Source: Chiloscyllium plagiosum (lineage: Eukaryota). Taken from it: a stretch of 64,000 nt of DNA. The translations under genes and the position numbers were made by a program. Location of the stretch: contig NC_057718.1 in NCBI RefSeq assembly GCF_004010195.1, forward strand, positions 21,364,735-21,428,734, given 5' to 3'. Below are positions 38,311-52,365 of the stretch, piece by piece; within the stretch, counting starts at the first letter, position 1; the number at the start of each line of letters is the position of its first letter. The notes beneath the pieces were generated by a model that did no database searches, was not told where the DNA came from, and saw nothing but the letters and a program-made list of their open reading frames with translations.

Positions 38311-39904
38311 TCACAATGCTTGCGAAGCATGTCAAGCAAGGCTCCCTGAACAAAGGGACCAGTTCTTCCTTTATTCAAAATGTTACATCACAGTCAGTAA
38401 TGCCCACTAGACAACCCCAAACCACTCCCTCATAGACACATGCCACTCAAGACACAATGCAGTGACTTGACCATTTCACCTCCACACTCCCTGTTTAATA
38501 AAACCAGTTCCCTGTAATTACAAATCTTCTGCCAATTCACTCCTTATTCCCTGAATAAAGACAATGCTGTTGTATCAGGTCATCATACTTCTTGGGTTTT
38601 AAAAAGTGCTGGAAGTGTTTAGCATGGTTTTCCCTGACAATTTTCAACAGGTTCAACTCTTGCAAGTTTGACTGGTATTATAAGCATCTTTGAATTTTGA
38701 CCATAGACTGAACATAGATAACTAAAACATAAACCAGCAAAGAGGCATCACTTAATATTTCTGTAACAAACCTGGGTCTTGATTGACCCGTTATGTCATA
38801 ATCATCAACCTTTTCCATCTACTGTCAGATATGAATAAATTATTGTTTAAGCTAAAATAACAAAGCTCAACAAGAGTTCTGACTAGACTTACGCAACTAA
38901 AAGACTGTTGCATTTAAAACCTGTAATAAGAACGTTTATCCCATTTTTAAAGTCTCAACTTCCCAACTCTATATATTAATCCAGTGTCTTCAGTCTCCAC
39001 AATCACCTCAGAGTCCTGACCTTCAGGTGGGGGATTTCCCTTCTTAACAACCGGCCTAAGGCAGGGTGGTTGAGACAGACACAGTAGTTACTTTTTATCT
39101 TATGCACTATGCTCCGGAGCCTCAAACCTCAGTATTAGTGGACTCTGACCTCTGAATTCCAGAGGGACTCTAACCTCCCTTTCCAGTAACTTATGGTTCT
39201 GAGGACTCAAACCTCTGAATTCAAGGGAGACGCTAGCCTCCCTTTCCAGTGAACTTATGACTCTGAAAGCGAACTCGGCATGCAAGTGCATAAGTTACCT
39301 CAGAGATTCCGTCGCCACAGAGTCCTAGGGCACAAGGGGTCGACTGAATGATAGGTTAAGGAGAGAGAGATCAAGGTATACACCGATGCTTTATTGGTGT
39401 GAGGCCTGAGGCGCAGAATACGGAGATTAGACCGGAAGAGCATAAAACACTCATTAGGCTGCAACGAGACAATTGCCAATAGTTTTGGTTATGGCAATAT
39501 CAGAAGGATATGATCACAATAGAGCACAAAAGAAATTTATGATCATTTTCCCAAGAATGGAATATTTGACTGAGAAAAGATTATAAAGGTTGAGTTTATT
39601 TCTTTGGAACAAAGTAAACTGAAGGGAGCTTTGAAAGAGGTGTATAAAATTGTGAGGAGCTAACATAAAGAATATAGTTCCGTTAACAGAGAGACAAAGT
39701 TGCATAGATTAAAAGTAATGGTAGAAAGATTAAAGGGAGTTGAGCCATCATTTCATTCAGTGGGTAGTGGAGTCTGGAAAGGATGATTGATGTCAAAGCC
39801 CTCACCACATTTGGATATCTACTGAGTTGCCACAACTTGGAGGACAGTGGATGAACAAGTGGTAGGTGGAATTTGATTAGGTAGCTCAGTTTATTCTGCC
39901 CAGG

Positions 39905-40355
39905 GCTGTAAAAAACTACAGAAAGCTGTGCACACAGCCCAGAGCATCATGGAAGCCAACCTCACATCCATGGACTCCATTTACACTTTTTTTTGCTGCA
40001 GAAAGGCTGCCAACATCATCAAAGGCCCCTCCCACCCTGAATATGCTCTCTTCCAAACTCTTCCATCAGGCAGAAGACAAAGAAGCTTGAACACAGGCAA
40101 CAGCAGGTGCAAGAACAGCTTCTTACCTGTTGTCATTAGACTGCTGAATGGACATCTCTAAGTTCAAACGATGTTAATCTTGCTAATGTTGATCTTGCTT
40201 TGTGGGCCTCCTGTGCACCCTGCAACCTTGTATGCCTCGCTCTGTCTAAGCACCCTATGGTCTGTATGTCCTCGTTTGCTATGATCTGACCAAACTATTT
40301 GCAAAACAAAGTTTTTCACTGTATTTAAATATATGTAACTATAATAAATCAAAAT
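39905..40355 (+). mobile_element. Rex1/Babar-like non-LTR 3' fragment
   Basis: KLQKAVHTAQSIM..RKAANIIKGPSHP..LFQTLPSGRR..NSFLPVVIRLLN C-terminus; tail AATAAATCAAA. Confidence 0.7.
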
Positions 40356-40999
40356 TTTTGCTAGCAAGACATGATGGGCTGAAGGGCCTCCTTTTATGCC
40401 ATGAATCTTTCAATTTCCATGTAAATTGAAAGCCAATAAGTGATGGGTTACTTGGGAAGAATTTTCCTAAAACTTGGCAAGAAGGCCTAAGAATTTATAG
40501 AAAAAGCTTTTTGGGATCAATTACTGCCATGTTCCTGTCGCCTCATGAATTTTCCAAAGCTGGTTCCAGGAACATGATGGTCCAGCAGCATCAGGATAAA
40601 TTAAGGTAATAATTTGCAATTAATTGTAGAAAGAATTTGAATTTTGCTGGTGGCACACGGGGAAGTCTGCTTTGTCTGCTGTCCATTTACAAGACATGAA
40701 CACAGAGGGAGGGTTTGAGCATCATATGGTGTATATGCAGTGTTTACTTTGAAAAACGAAGTTGGCAATCGCCAGGCCATACACCCCAAAATACTTGTGT
40801 GAATCTATGCATTTCAAATGCAGACAGAACCAGCAGATAGTGCTAAGCAAGAGGGTTTGGTTATCAGTCCCATCATCCGTATCACAGTTTCAACTTATGT
40901 TCTCCTCCTCTGCACAGCGTCATACATCTTCAAGCACTCTAATTGATTATCCTGTGTCCCTTGGTTGCTTGTCATCCCAAATTGGACTATAAATGCAAA

Positions 41000-41365
41000 G
41001 ATATAGAGGTTTATAAAATCATGAAGGGCATAGATAAGATGAATAACAGGGGTCTTTTCTAGAGGGTGGTGGAGTTCAAAACTGGAGGGCATAATTTTAA
41101 GGTGAGAGGAAAATGTTTTAGAAAGGGCATGAGGGACAATCTTTTTACACAGAGTGGTTCATGTGTGGAATGAACTGCCAGAAGAAGTGGTGGATGCAGG
41201 TATAGTTAAAACATTTAAAAGACATTTCAATAAGTACATAAATACAAAAGGTTTGGAGGGATACGGGCCGAGAGATACAGGCATGTGGGACTAGTTTAGA
41301 ACATGGTCAGCACAGACTAGTTGGACCGAAGAGTCTGTATCCATACTGTATGATTCTATGATACT
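41000..41365 (+). mobile_element. CR1 LINE 3' end
   Basis: ATAGAGGTTTATAAAATCATGA..TGGAATGAACTGCCAGA..TATGATTCTATGA. Confidence 0.85.
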
Positions 41366-42159
41366 ATTGCCTGCCAGTCAACCCCCTCTCATCAAAGCTA
41401 AGCCACTGGGTGCATTACAGGAGTGAATAGGGCTGGGACAGCTTTTGACTATTCTCAAAGAAGGAAAAATTCAACTTATTAACTCTATTTCTCTCGCCAT
41501 AGATACTGCCAGATTTGCAGAGCATTTTTATCATTTTCTGTTTTATATTAAATGACTGGGATGCAAAGCACGCCATACTAGAAAATCTCAAGTCAGAAGA
41601 AATGATTTTGTTCCTTCAGCTTTGAAATATTCACTTTCCCCAGCCAACAATAACAATGTTAAAACAGAAAGTTTCAGCAATTCAGGCAGCATTTTGGAGA
41701 GAGGGAGCATGAACTTAACATTTCAGGTCATTCATTTTTCATCTGACCATAAATCTGAAATTTTCAATTTTAAAAGCATGCTGGCACATCTCTGTGACCT
41801 GATGCCTTTCAATGCAACATACATTATTGGACCATGACTGAAAATGATCAGAAGTTATTCGACAAATGCTACAAAGTTATTGAGAAAATGAAGGACAATT
41901 GGTATGAAAAAGGTGGTGGTAACAGGTATGAATTTAGCTAATGGATAGGAGGTGGAGAGTAGTAGTGACCTAGACTTGGGTGTACAGAGTATAATTTTGA
42001 AGTTTGAGCGCAGTACAAAACTTGGACACATTAAATTGTGACCAGGATAGTGGCAGATTTCAGTCTAGCTTTTAGTTAAAGACATAGATTGGTAAAATGG
42101 TCAGACATGTGGCAGTAGTAGTTTATAGTATGTAAGTATGAAGTTCATCCGACAATAAA

Positions 42160-42618
42160 ATTTTCATCCTGTTATCTCTAGATTTGCTGTGCCAACACTT
42201 CTCTGGCTGTTCTTCCTCCCATTAGCTAGAAATCATCCAAAACTCTGCTGCCCATATATAGTCATATTCCCTTGTCTGCCTGTTTGCTGACCCAGGTTGG
42301 CTCTTGGTTAAGCTATGCCCTCACATGAAAATTGTTATTCTTGATTTTAAATCCTGATATGGTCTTACCCCTTTCCCCTTCTCCATCTGATCTGCTCCAA
42401 CCCTACAGCTTGCCAAGATATCTGCAGTCCTCCAGTTCAGGCCTGTTTTGTGACTTCAGCTACCATACCTTCAGCTGGCAAGGGGCTGAATTCTGAAATT
42501 CCCCTCCCTAAAGCACTCTACATCTCTATTTATCTTTAATGCTATCAACAGTTTTTGGTCATTTTGTGTAGCTTGGTGTCAGAATTTGGTGATGTGCCTT
42601 AGGACCTTTTAGTATGTT
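42160..42618 (+). mobile_element. L2 LINE 3' fragment (host of the L1 insertion)
   Basis: Degenerate L2 C-terminus (ATCCAAAACTCTGCTGCCC; CCTTCAGCTG..GGCTGAATTCTGAAATTCCC). Confidence 0.55.
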
Positions 42619-42632
42619 AAAAGTGTTGTGTT

Positions 42633-45600
42633 TGGGGTATCCAAGATGGTGGCGATCTAGAAAGATCGCATAGCAGAGCTTTGCACCACAGCACAAGCGG
42701 AATGAATGTTTAACCTGCCTACCCGTACCATCGCAATATCCTGGAACTCTTGGAAGATCATGGAGTCCCAGGAAACTGTTAAAAATCAACTTACCTTGGT
42801 TTTCGGCATCCAGCGATGTTAAAGAAGGGAGGAGGAGCGTCCGAGGCCAGGCCCACAGCCCAGCCTGCAGGATCCTTGGATTCTATTCCTTACCAGGCCC
42901 TGGTGAAGGAGCTTGCGAAATCTCACAAGATGTTCGGTCAGCAGATAGAGGAGAAGCTGGCCCTGATCTCCATCATGCTGCAGAAGCATGAACAGCAGCT
43001 GGGAGACCTGGAGAAAAGAACAGATGAGGGAGAACACAGAGTCGCAGTGGTGGAACCTGATACTGCTTCCTCCAAGGATAGCATTCAAGCCCTGGAGACG
43101 CAGGTCTGTAAGTTGCTTGATCAAGTGGATGACCTCAAGTACAGGGGCAAACATATTCGGATCATCGGTCTACTGGAGGGTAAGGAAGTTGAGTGGCCAG
43201 TGGAATTTATTGAAAGCTGGTTGCCAAAATTCCTTAACTTGGAGGCTTGAAGATTGAGAGAGAGCTCACTGGGTCACGGAGATCAGGTCTGGACCAATGT
43301 CCTCATCCTATCTTGGTGCAGTTTCATCATTAGAGAGATAAGGAGAAAATCATGGAAGCTTCCAGAATTCAGGGGAAGGATCTGAAGGCCCTAGTATACG
43401 AGGCCTCTGAATCATGTTCTTCCAGGACTTCTCAGCAGCAGTGATCCAGGAAACAAAATCATATGTCGGTGTCAAGAGAAGACTGAGCGAGTTTGGGATC
43501 CAGTACTCTCTGAGGTATCCGGCGGTGCTTCAGATCACCTTAGGTGGATCTGTATATCTCAACACATTGGAGAAGGCAAGAGACTTTGTGGACAAATTAA
43601 CCTAATCTGAACAATTTAGTATGTACAAATAGTAGTGTTGTTTGGGTATGCCTCTGTTTTTCTTTCAAAAAGAGAGGAAGTCCGGTCGGGGCTTTCTTTT
43701 CCTATCATTTTTAATTGGTAATAATCTGGTCTAAACTTTGTTTGGTGGGAGTTAAGATGCGTATTTTCAACTTCTAAGTTAAGTTAAGGATGGGTGGGGT
43801 ACTTACCTTTTTTTCCCAAAATTTTTTATTCACATTGTTATTCCATGGTGTATTGTCTTTCTTTTCTGCTTGTGTTTGCAGTACGGCCAGGAGGCGGGAA
43901 AATGGTTTGGATGGCTAGATGCCTACATAGGGGTGGTTTATGCCCAGTTCATGTATTTAAATGCCCTGGCTGCAGTATTGGCAATGGGATGTATAGTTAC
44001 CTCCTTTAGGTAGGGGGTGGGTTCCCCTATTCAGCGCCTTTTATATGTTGGTTTGATTTTTGGTTTTTGTTGTATATAATCTTTGATAGCTTTGTAAGGT
44101 TGTTAAATGTAGTGGTTTTAGTTTATGTAGTTTTTATGTTCGATGGATCTTGCAACACTAAGGCTCGGTGGTTTGTAGTTCGCATTCCTCCTCACTGGAA
44201 GCTAAATGTTACTACAGAAGGTATGGCTAATGACTTGGCGAAATGGTGTACCTGGAACATCAAGGGGAGTCACTCACCAACTGAGGTACTTTCGAGTCTT
44301 AGAAAAGTAAAGGTAGATATTGCTTTGTTACAGGAGACACACTTGGATGATAGGGAGCATTTGAAACTACAGCAGAATGGCTTTGATTGGGTTTACATTT
44401 CATCTTTTAATACCAGAAATAGAGGAGTTGCTATATTGGTTAGGAGGAATCTCCCATTTAAGTTACTAGACTGTGTTAATGACACACACGGGAGGTTTGT
44501 AATTCTCAAAGCCCTGACAAACGAGGAAGAATATGATGTTTTAAATGTTTATTGCCCTCCGGCCCATCCCCTCAAATTTCTGGTAGATGCATTCTCTAAA
44601 TTGATCAGTCTCAAGTCCCGGCATATCATTATAGGGGGAGATTTTAAGTGTCTCATGGATCCCAGAGTAGACAGAGTGTCCAAAGGCCCCCGATACTCTC
44701 TGTACAGACTAAACAGTTAGTGGATCTGGTAGGGAGTTAGGGTTGTGGACGTCTGGAGGCGTCTACACCCTACAGGCAGGGATTTTACATTTTTTTCCAA
44801 TCCACATAGATGTCACACCAGGATTGATGTTTTTCTGACCCCCATGGCAACCCTGGACTTGGTGGCATCTTGTACTTTTGGTAATATTACCATCTCCAAT
44901 CATGCTCCAGTATACCTGTTGGTTAAGATTAAGGACATTACGGGGGCCTGACGCACTGGCGAATGAACCCTTTAATCCTTAGGGATAATAAGTTTGTGGA
45001 GTATTTCTCTTGGGAATTTCGGAGTTCCTAGACATTAACTCAGGCTCAGTTAGTAGCCCGTCCGTCCTTTGGGAAACTGCCAAAGCCTAAGCCAGGAGGT
45101 TTGTTATTTCCTACTCTGCCAGTAGGAGTGGCAGAAGTACAAACAGCAACATCTCTGAGAAGCACAGAAGAAGGCAGCCGCAAAGGCTGACTTTGTCAGG
45201 CCCTCATTGGCCAGGCTACAGAGGATTACGGGGCTGCGGTCTGCATTGAATTCCGTGCTCACGCAGACAGCAAAGAAGGAGCTTACTTTCGTAAAACAAA
45301 GGTTATACGAGCATGGTGACAAGCCAGGCAAGTACCTAGCATATCTCACAGAAAAGGAGTGCCCCTCAAGCCATTATGTCGATTAGGGAAGGGTCTGGGA
45401 ACCTAACATGTGATTCCAAAAAGATTAATGTGACATTCCAGAGATTTAACTCAAGGATCTGGACCTCCTGGGTGTGACCCCGAACAAGAGTCTTTTCTCA
45501 ATGCCCCCTTATTAGAACAAGAGGTGCAAGAGAGTGGAAAGGCACCCAGTCCTGATGGACTTCCCAGCGAATTCTATAAGGAATTTATAAACATATTGTC

Positions 45601-48154
45601 AGGCCCATTCCTCAACATGTTCAATGACTCGTACAGTCATGATTGTCTCCTGCCATCTCTAAGAGAGGCCAATATTTCGCCCCGGAGGACTGTGCTCCGT
45701 ACAGGCCCACTTCACTCTTAAATGTGGACTTCAAAATCGTCTCTAAGACTCTTGCATTAAGGCTGGAGACTGTGTTACCTTTTATTGTTAAAGAGGACCA
45801 GACAAGTTTCATAAAGGGCCGCAGATAATGTTAAGAGGCTGCTTAATGTATTTCAAGCATGTCAACAACAGTCAATACAGGAATTGGTGATTTCTCCAGA
45901 TGCAGAGAAGGCATTTGACCGAGTTGAGTGGCCATACCTTTTTTATACTCTGGAGCGATTTGGCTTGGGCAAAGCTTTTATCAAATGGGTAAAAGTTCTC
46001 TTCAGTGACCCTCTCACTCCAGTCATCACCAATGGGGTACGATCAAGCAATGTTAGCATTTTTAGGGGCAGCCGGCAGGGCTGTCCCCTTTCGCCATTGA
46101 CGGAGGCCATTCGGAGGGATTCTAATATATCGGCTCCAGAAGTGAGATCAAAATTAGATAAGATTTCCTTGTACGCAGAGGATGTCCTCATTTTTTTGTC
46201 AGATCAGTTTTGGTGCCTCGCCTGATACAATGCATCAGCTCATTTGGCAACTTTTTGGGGTACAAGGTTAATTTTACAAAATCAGAGGCTGTCCCTATGG
46301 GTGGTCTTACGAAGTTGCTAGGTCTTGAGGGCAAATATCAATTCCCACTTAAGTGGTCACAGGGGCGTTTTGTGTATTTGGGCATATTCATCACTCCAGT
46401 TCTTGAACTGTTGTTTAAAGCTAATTTTGTTCAGTTATGCAACAAAATCAAACAAGGCCTTCAAAGATGGGAGGCGCTTCCGGTCTCATGGTTAGGTCGG
46501 AAAGCGCTTATTAAGATGAATATTCTTCCCCGTTTGTTATATCCTATACAGATGCTCCCCCTGATTTTCAATAAGCAACTGTTCAGAAGACTGAATGGCT
46601 GGTTCAACTCTTTTATTTGGCATTGTAAGCGGCCCCTCATTAAATTAGCTAAACTGCAATTGCCTCACAGACTGGGGGGAGTGGATCTCTGGACATTAAA
46701 TACTATCAATTAAGCTCACTTTAATCTTACGCAAATGGTTGGGCTTGACCCTCTTTCAATATGTTTAGATATTGAACCCTCTCAGGCAGGGTGCCCCCTT
46801 ACCAGATTGCTTTTTTGGACAAAATGAGGACATTTAGGGAATATTGCAATAATCCAATAGTCACCAATACTGTTAAAGCATGGAGAGTAATTTGGCAGAG
46901 GAAAGGCAATATTGGCAAAACATCTTCTCTTACACCTATCGTGGGTATGCTGGGGATGTTAAATTCAGGATTCAAACATTGGGCAGCTAGGGGTGTGTCT
47001 TGCATGGGCAATTTATTTGAAGGAGACACAATGATGTTCTTTGACCAGTTAGCACGGAAATATGCGCTATCTAACAGGAACCTCTTTTTTTCCAATTTAG
47101 GGATTTTATTCAAAAAATGCTACACTTTTGACTGATCCCTACAAATCCGACAGACAGAGGAGGGTGCTCAGTGCTAAGAGTATACATTCAGTCGACATTT
47201 TGTATCATCAATTGGTGGGCACCCTCTCAGATGAGTTCGATCAACTCTGCAGGGTGTGAGAGAGAGAGCTAGACATTGAGGTCTCCTCAGAGGCATGGGA
47301 ACATATTTGGGAATAAGCAAGAAAGATATCAATTTACAATAGGACCCATGCTTTACAGGTGAAAATTCTCCACAGGGTCTACTTGGCTCCAGATTGTTTG
47401 TCAAAATTTAAACCAGTTCAACATGTTCCAAGTGCAAGGTTGGCACTCTTACCCATTGTCTCTGGTCCTGTGGTGGGCTTCATATATACTGGAGCACTGT
47501 AGTGAGTGCAATGGAGGGTATTTTGGGTGTAAGGGTGGAGAAGGACCCAATATCTCTTCTTCTGGGCCTGCCCAGTGTGTTCCCTGCACATGCGCATAAG
47601 AAAAATCTTCAACTTCCTCATTTTCTGCGCAAGAAAGAATATCTTGTTAGGTCAGATATCCGAAAATCCCCCCTCCGCCTGTCAGGTTGGCAGAAGACTG
47701 TTATGGAGCATATCCCCTTGGATTTTCTCACAAGTATACTGAGAATTTCGAGAAGACATGGCAGCCCTTTTCGAATACCTGATTTATCTGCCACACTAAT
47801 ATTGGCTTTTATATAGCTTATTCTTTACGAGTCCAATATCCAGAAGGGGGAACTGCGAATGTATGAATATGTGAAACCTAATGCTCTCGATATTCAAGAG
47901 TGAATGTTTTGTTTGGCTAAGCTGTGTTATTATTATTTATTAGTTTGTTGTTAGTTATTATTTATTTAGTTAAGTCGTTAGTTGGATTTTTTTTAATATA
48001 TATTTTTCTATACATATTTATACATTTGTACATGAGGGTGGTTGGGTTTTTAACATTTTTTTGGTGTTCTTTCTTTGTATTGTTTTGAATAGTATTGTTT
48101 TGTATTTGTTGTAATATTTCAAAAATCTATTTTTCAATAAAAATATAGTTTTTA
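42633..48154 (+). mobile_element. Near full-length decayed L1-clade LINE (ORF1 about 42816-43605; ORF2 about 44223-47816)
   Basis: 5' GGGGTATCCAAGATGG; ORF1 coiled coil plus HIRIIGL..FFQDFS..LRYPA; EN WNIKG/LQETHL/GGDF; RT KAPSPDG, YRPTSLLNVDFK, DAEKAFDRVEW, RQGCPLSP, YAED; AATAAA 48136; TSD AAAAGTGTTGTGTT (42619-42632)/AAAAGTGCTATGTT (48155-48168). Confidence 0.92.
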
Positions 48155-48964
48155 AAAAGTGCTATGTTCATGCAAATTGGTGTTTTTTGAAGTGAACAGC
48201 TTTGTGAAAAACATGAAGGTAGTATCATTCAAATGGTACTGTCTAAAATTAGGTGCAAAAGCAGAGGGACTTTGTGCATATTGATGGTGACAGGGCAAAT
48301 TAATAAGGCAATTAAGAAAATTAAAGGGATATTTGGCTTTGTAAACATGATCAGTGAATACAAAGAAAGTGCACCACATTTATTAGAGATGAGGGTCTTC
48401 AGTTCTTTGGAGAAGTTGATATTGTTTCCTTACGACATGGAAGATTAAAGGGGTATTCGGGTTTGGATGGGGGAGGGTTAATGGAGTAAATAGGGTGAAA
48501 TTATTTGCCACAATTGATCAGTAACCATTGGGGTGTTTTTTGCAGTTTTTTTTAATCTACAGAGAATATGAGATTACATTTCTTCTCACAAAGGGTTATG
48601 ATAGAGAGCATACCACCTAAAAAAAAGAATAGAATCAGATTCTGTGGTAACTTTCAGAAGACAATTGGACATATGCTTGAAAGAAAACAACAGAGTTTAT
48701 GGTGGGGATATTTTGGATTTGGAACAACTGTGGAATACTCTTGTCAAGAGCAGGCACAAATGATTGACCTTCTCAGCTGTAAGATTCTGACTCTTATGAT
48801 GATATCTGTTATGTTGACCAAAGAAGGTTACAGTGTTGTTGTCTTGTATCAATCTAAATGATTCAACAAATCAATGAGAAATCTATAGGTGAGACTCATG
48901 TCTATTGTCAGACAAAATAATGTTGGTCATTGGATGCTGACAAGGAAAGGGAGAAGTAAATATA

Positions 48965-51787
48965 CATAGAATATTACAGCGCAGGTGTTGCGCCGACCTG
49001 TCATGCCAATCTGAAGCCCATCTAACCTACACTATTCCATGTACGTCCATATGCTTGTCCAATGACGACTTAAATGCACTTAAAGTTGGCGAATCAACTA
49101 CCGTTGCAGGCAAAGCATTCCATACCCTTACTACTCTCTGAGTAAAGAAACTACCTCTGACATCTGTCCTATATTTATCACCCCTCAATTTAAAGCTATA
49201 CCCCCTTGTGCTCGCCGTCACCATACTTGGAAAAAGGCTCTCCCTGTCCACCCTATCTAACCCTCTGATTATCTTATATGTCTCTATTAAGTCACCTCTC
49301 AACCTTCTTCTCTCCAACGAAAACAGCCTCAATTCCCTCGGCCTTTCCTCTTAAGACCTTCCCTCCATACCAGGCAACATCTGAGTAAATCTCCTCTGCA
49401 CCCTTTCCAAAGCTTCCACATCCTTCTTGTAATGCGGTGACCAGAACTGTACACAATAGTCCAAGTGCGGCAGCACCAGAGTTTTGTACAGCTGTAGCAT
49501 AACCTCATGGTTCCGGAACTCGATCCCTCTATTAATAAAAGCTAAAACACTGTATGCCTTCTTAACAACCCTGTCAACCTGGGTGGCAACTTTCAAGGAT
49601 CCATTAGCCCAGTACTTTGCATTCCGGTTATTCCAACCAAAGTGAATCACCTCACACTTGTCCGCATTAAATTCTATTTGCCACCTCTCAGCCCAGCTCT
49701 GCAGCTTATCTATGTCTCTCTGTAACCTACAACATCCTTCGTCACTATCCACAACTCCACCGACCTTAGTGTTGTCTGCAAATTTACTAACCCACCCTTC
49801 TACGCCCTCATCCAGGTCATTTATAAAAATGACAAACAGCAGTGGACCCAGCATTATCCCTTGCGGTACACCACTAGTAACTGGACTCCAGGATGAACAT
49901 TTCCCATCAACCATCACCCTCTGTCTTCTTTCTGCAAGTCAATTACTGATCCAAACTGCTATATCTCCTACAATCCCATTCCTCCGCATTTTGTACAATA
50001 GCCTACTGTGGGGAACCTTATCGAACGCCTTGCTGAAATCCATACACGCCACATCAACTGGTTTACTCTCATCTACCAGTTTGGTCACCTTCTCAAAGAA
50101 CTCAATAAGGTTTGTGAGGCACGACCTACCCTTCATAAAACCATGCTGGCTATCCCTAATTAAATTAATCTTTTCTCGATGATTATAAATCCTATCTCTT
50201 ATAACCTTTTCCAACACTTTACCAACAGCTGAAGTAATGCTCACTGGTCTATAATTACCTGGGTTGTCTCTACTCCCCTTCTTGAACAGGGGGATCACAT
50301 TTGCTATCACCCAGTCTTTTTTGATTAGATTACTTACAGTGTGGAAACAGGCCCTTTGGCCCAACAAGTCCACACCGACCCTCTGAAGAGCAACCCACTC
50401 AAAGACTCGTTCCCCTACATTTACCCCTTCACCTAACACTACGGGCAAGTAGCATGGCCAATTCACCTAACCTGCACTTTTTCTTTGGACTGTGGGAGGA
50501 AACTGGAGCACCACGCAGACACGGGGAGAACGTGCAAACTCCACACAGATAGTTGCCCGAGGCGGGAATTGAACCCGGGTCTCTGGTGCTGTGAGGCAGT
50601 GGTGCTAACCACTATGCCATCGTCTGCCACTATTCACGTAGACAATGACGATTTAAAGATCAATGTCAAAGGCTTGGCAATCTCCTCCCTGGCATCCCAG
50701 AGGATCCTAGGATAAATCCCATCCGGCCCAGGGGACTTATCTATTTTCACACTCTGCAGGATTTCTAATACCTCTTCCTTGTGAACCTCAATCCCACCTA
50801 GTCTAGTAGCCTGTATCTCAGTATTCTCCTCGACAACATTGTTGTTTTCTAGAGTGAATACTGTCGAAAAATATTCATTTAGTGCTTCCCCTATCTCCTT
50901 TGACTCCACACACAACTTCCCACTACTATCCTTGATTGGCCCTAATCTTACTCTCGTCATTGTTTTATTCCTTAAATACCTATAGAAAGCCTTAGGGTTT
51001 ACCCTCATCCTATCCGCCAACTACTTCTCATGTCTCCTCCTGGCTCTTCTGAGCTCTCTCTTTAGGTCTTTCCTGGTTACCTTGTAACCCTCAAGTGCCC
51101 TAACTGAACCTTCACATCTCATCCTAACATAAGCCTTCTTCTTCCTCTTGACCAGAGATTCAATTTTCTTCGTAAACTACGGCTCCCACGCTCTACAGTT
51201 TCCTCCCTGCCTGACAGGTACTACTTATCTAGGACAATCAGGAGCATTTCCTTCAATAAGCTCCACATTTCTACTGTGCCCATTCCCTCCAGTTTCCTTC
51301 ACCATCCTATGCTTCCTAAATCTTGCCTAATTGCAACGTAATTGCCTTTCCCCCAGCTGTAACTCTTGCCCAGTGGTCTTCATCTATCCTTTTCTATCAC
51401 TAAAGTAAACATAACACAATTGTGATCGCTATCACCAAAGTGCTCACCTACTTCCAAGTCTAACACCTGGCCGGGCTCATTACCCAGTACCAAATCTAAC
51501 GTGGCTTTGCCCCTTGTTGGCCTGTCTACATACTGTGTCAGGAAGCCCTCTTGCACACACTGGACAAAAACTGACCCATCTATAGTACCCTTACGATAGT
51601 GTTCCCAGTCAATATTTGGAAAGTTGAAGTCCCCCATGACAACTACCCTGTCTCTCTCATTCCTATTGAGAATCATCTTTGCTATCCTTTCCTCTGCATC
51701 TCTGGAACTATTCGGAGGCCTATAGAAAACTCCCAACAGGGTGACCTCTCATTTCCTGTTTCTAACCTCAGCCCATACCACCTCAGT
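48965..51787 (-). mobile_element. CR1 LINE ORF2 (EN-RT to 3' end), disrupted, with nested SINE at 50322-50622
   Basis: GVFYRPPN..MGDFNFP (EN), KSPGPDGIYP, NYRPVS, DFSKAFDKVPH, GVPQG, KFADNTK, ERVQRRFT. Confidence 0.93.
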
Positions 51788-51879
51788 TTTCTTAAAGCAT
51801 AATCTATATCAAAACGGGTGTCCTTTAAAAATGCTGCAAAGTTAATCTAGTCTTCCCATGCAGATATCTAAAACCTGAA

Positions 51880-52365
51880 ACAACCATTTTGCCAGAGTGG
51901 CGAGGAGAGAAGGAGAGGTGAAGCGAGGGCTGACGGGAAGGGTGAGTTTTCCCACATTAAAAGGTACATACCTCATGAGTCGGGCCTTTATTTACCGAGA
52001 GGTGCGAGGGAGGAGCGAAGGACTTCTGGGAAGTCATATATTTGTTTGGTTGCGTTACCCAATACACTACTCGGGTAGTGTCTCCCACCCATCCTACTCC
52101 TCGAACCAAAATAAAGGTTCTGTGCACCAGATTGGTAAGATAACGAGTTTATTTTTTATTCCTTATTTTTTCAACAGTGTCTTTGTGAATTTAGAATAGT
52201 GGGAAGGTGAGGGCAGTTGAATGTTCCTCCTGCAGAATGTGGGAGGTAAGGGTCACCACTAGTATCCCTACATCTGCGGGAAGTGCACCCAACTCCAGCT
52301 CCTTGAAAACTGCGTTAGGGAACTGGAGCTAGAGCTGGATGAAGTTTGGATCATTCGGGAGGCAG
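51880..52365 (+). mobile_element. CR1 5'UTR plus ORF1 start, inverted relative to the adjacent CR1 body
   Basis: Closely matches about 58280-58770 (one monomer, unique leader, CSSCRMWEVRVTTSI). Confidence 0.85.

Noticed and set aside
31815..41760. Older PLE-tail-like relics (about 31820-31990, 34680-34725, 41450-41545, 41650-41750) as further hammerheads
   Set aside because: Core nucleotides too degraded to call by eye
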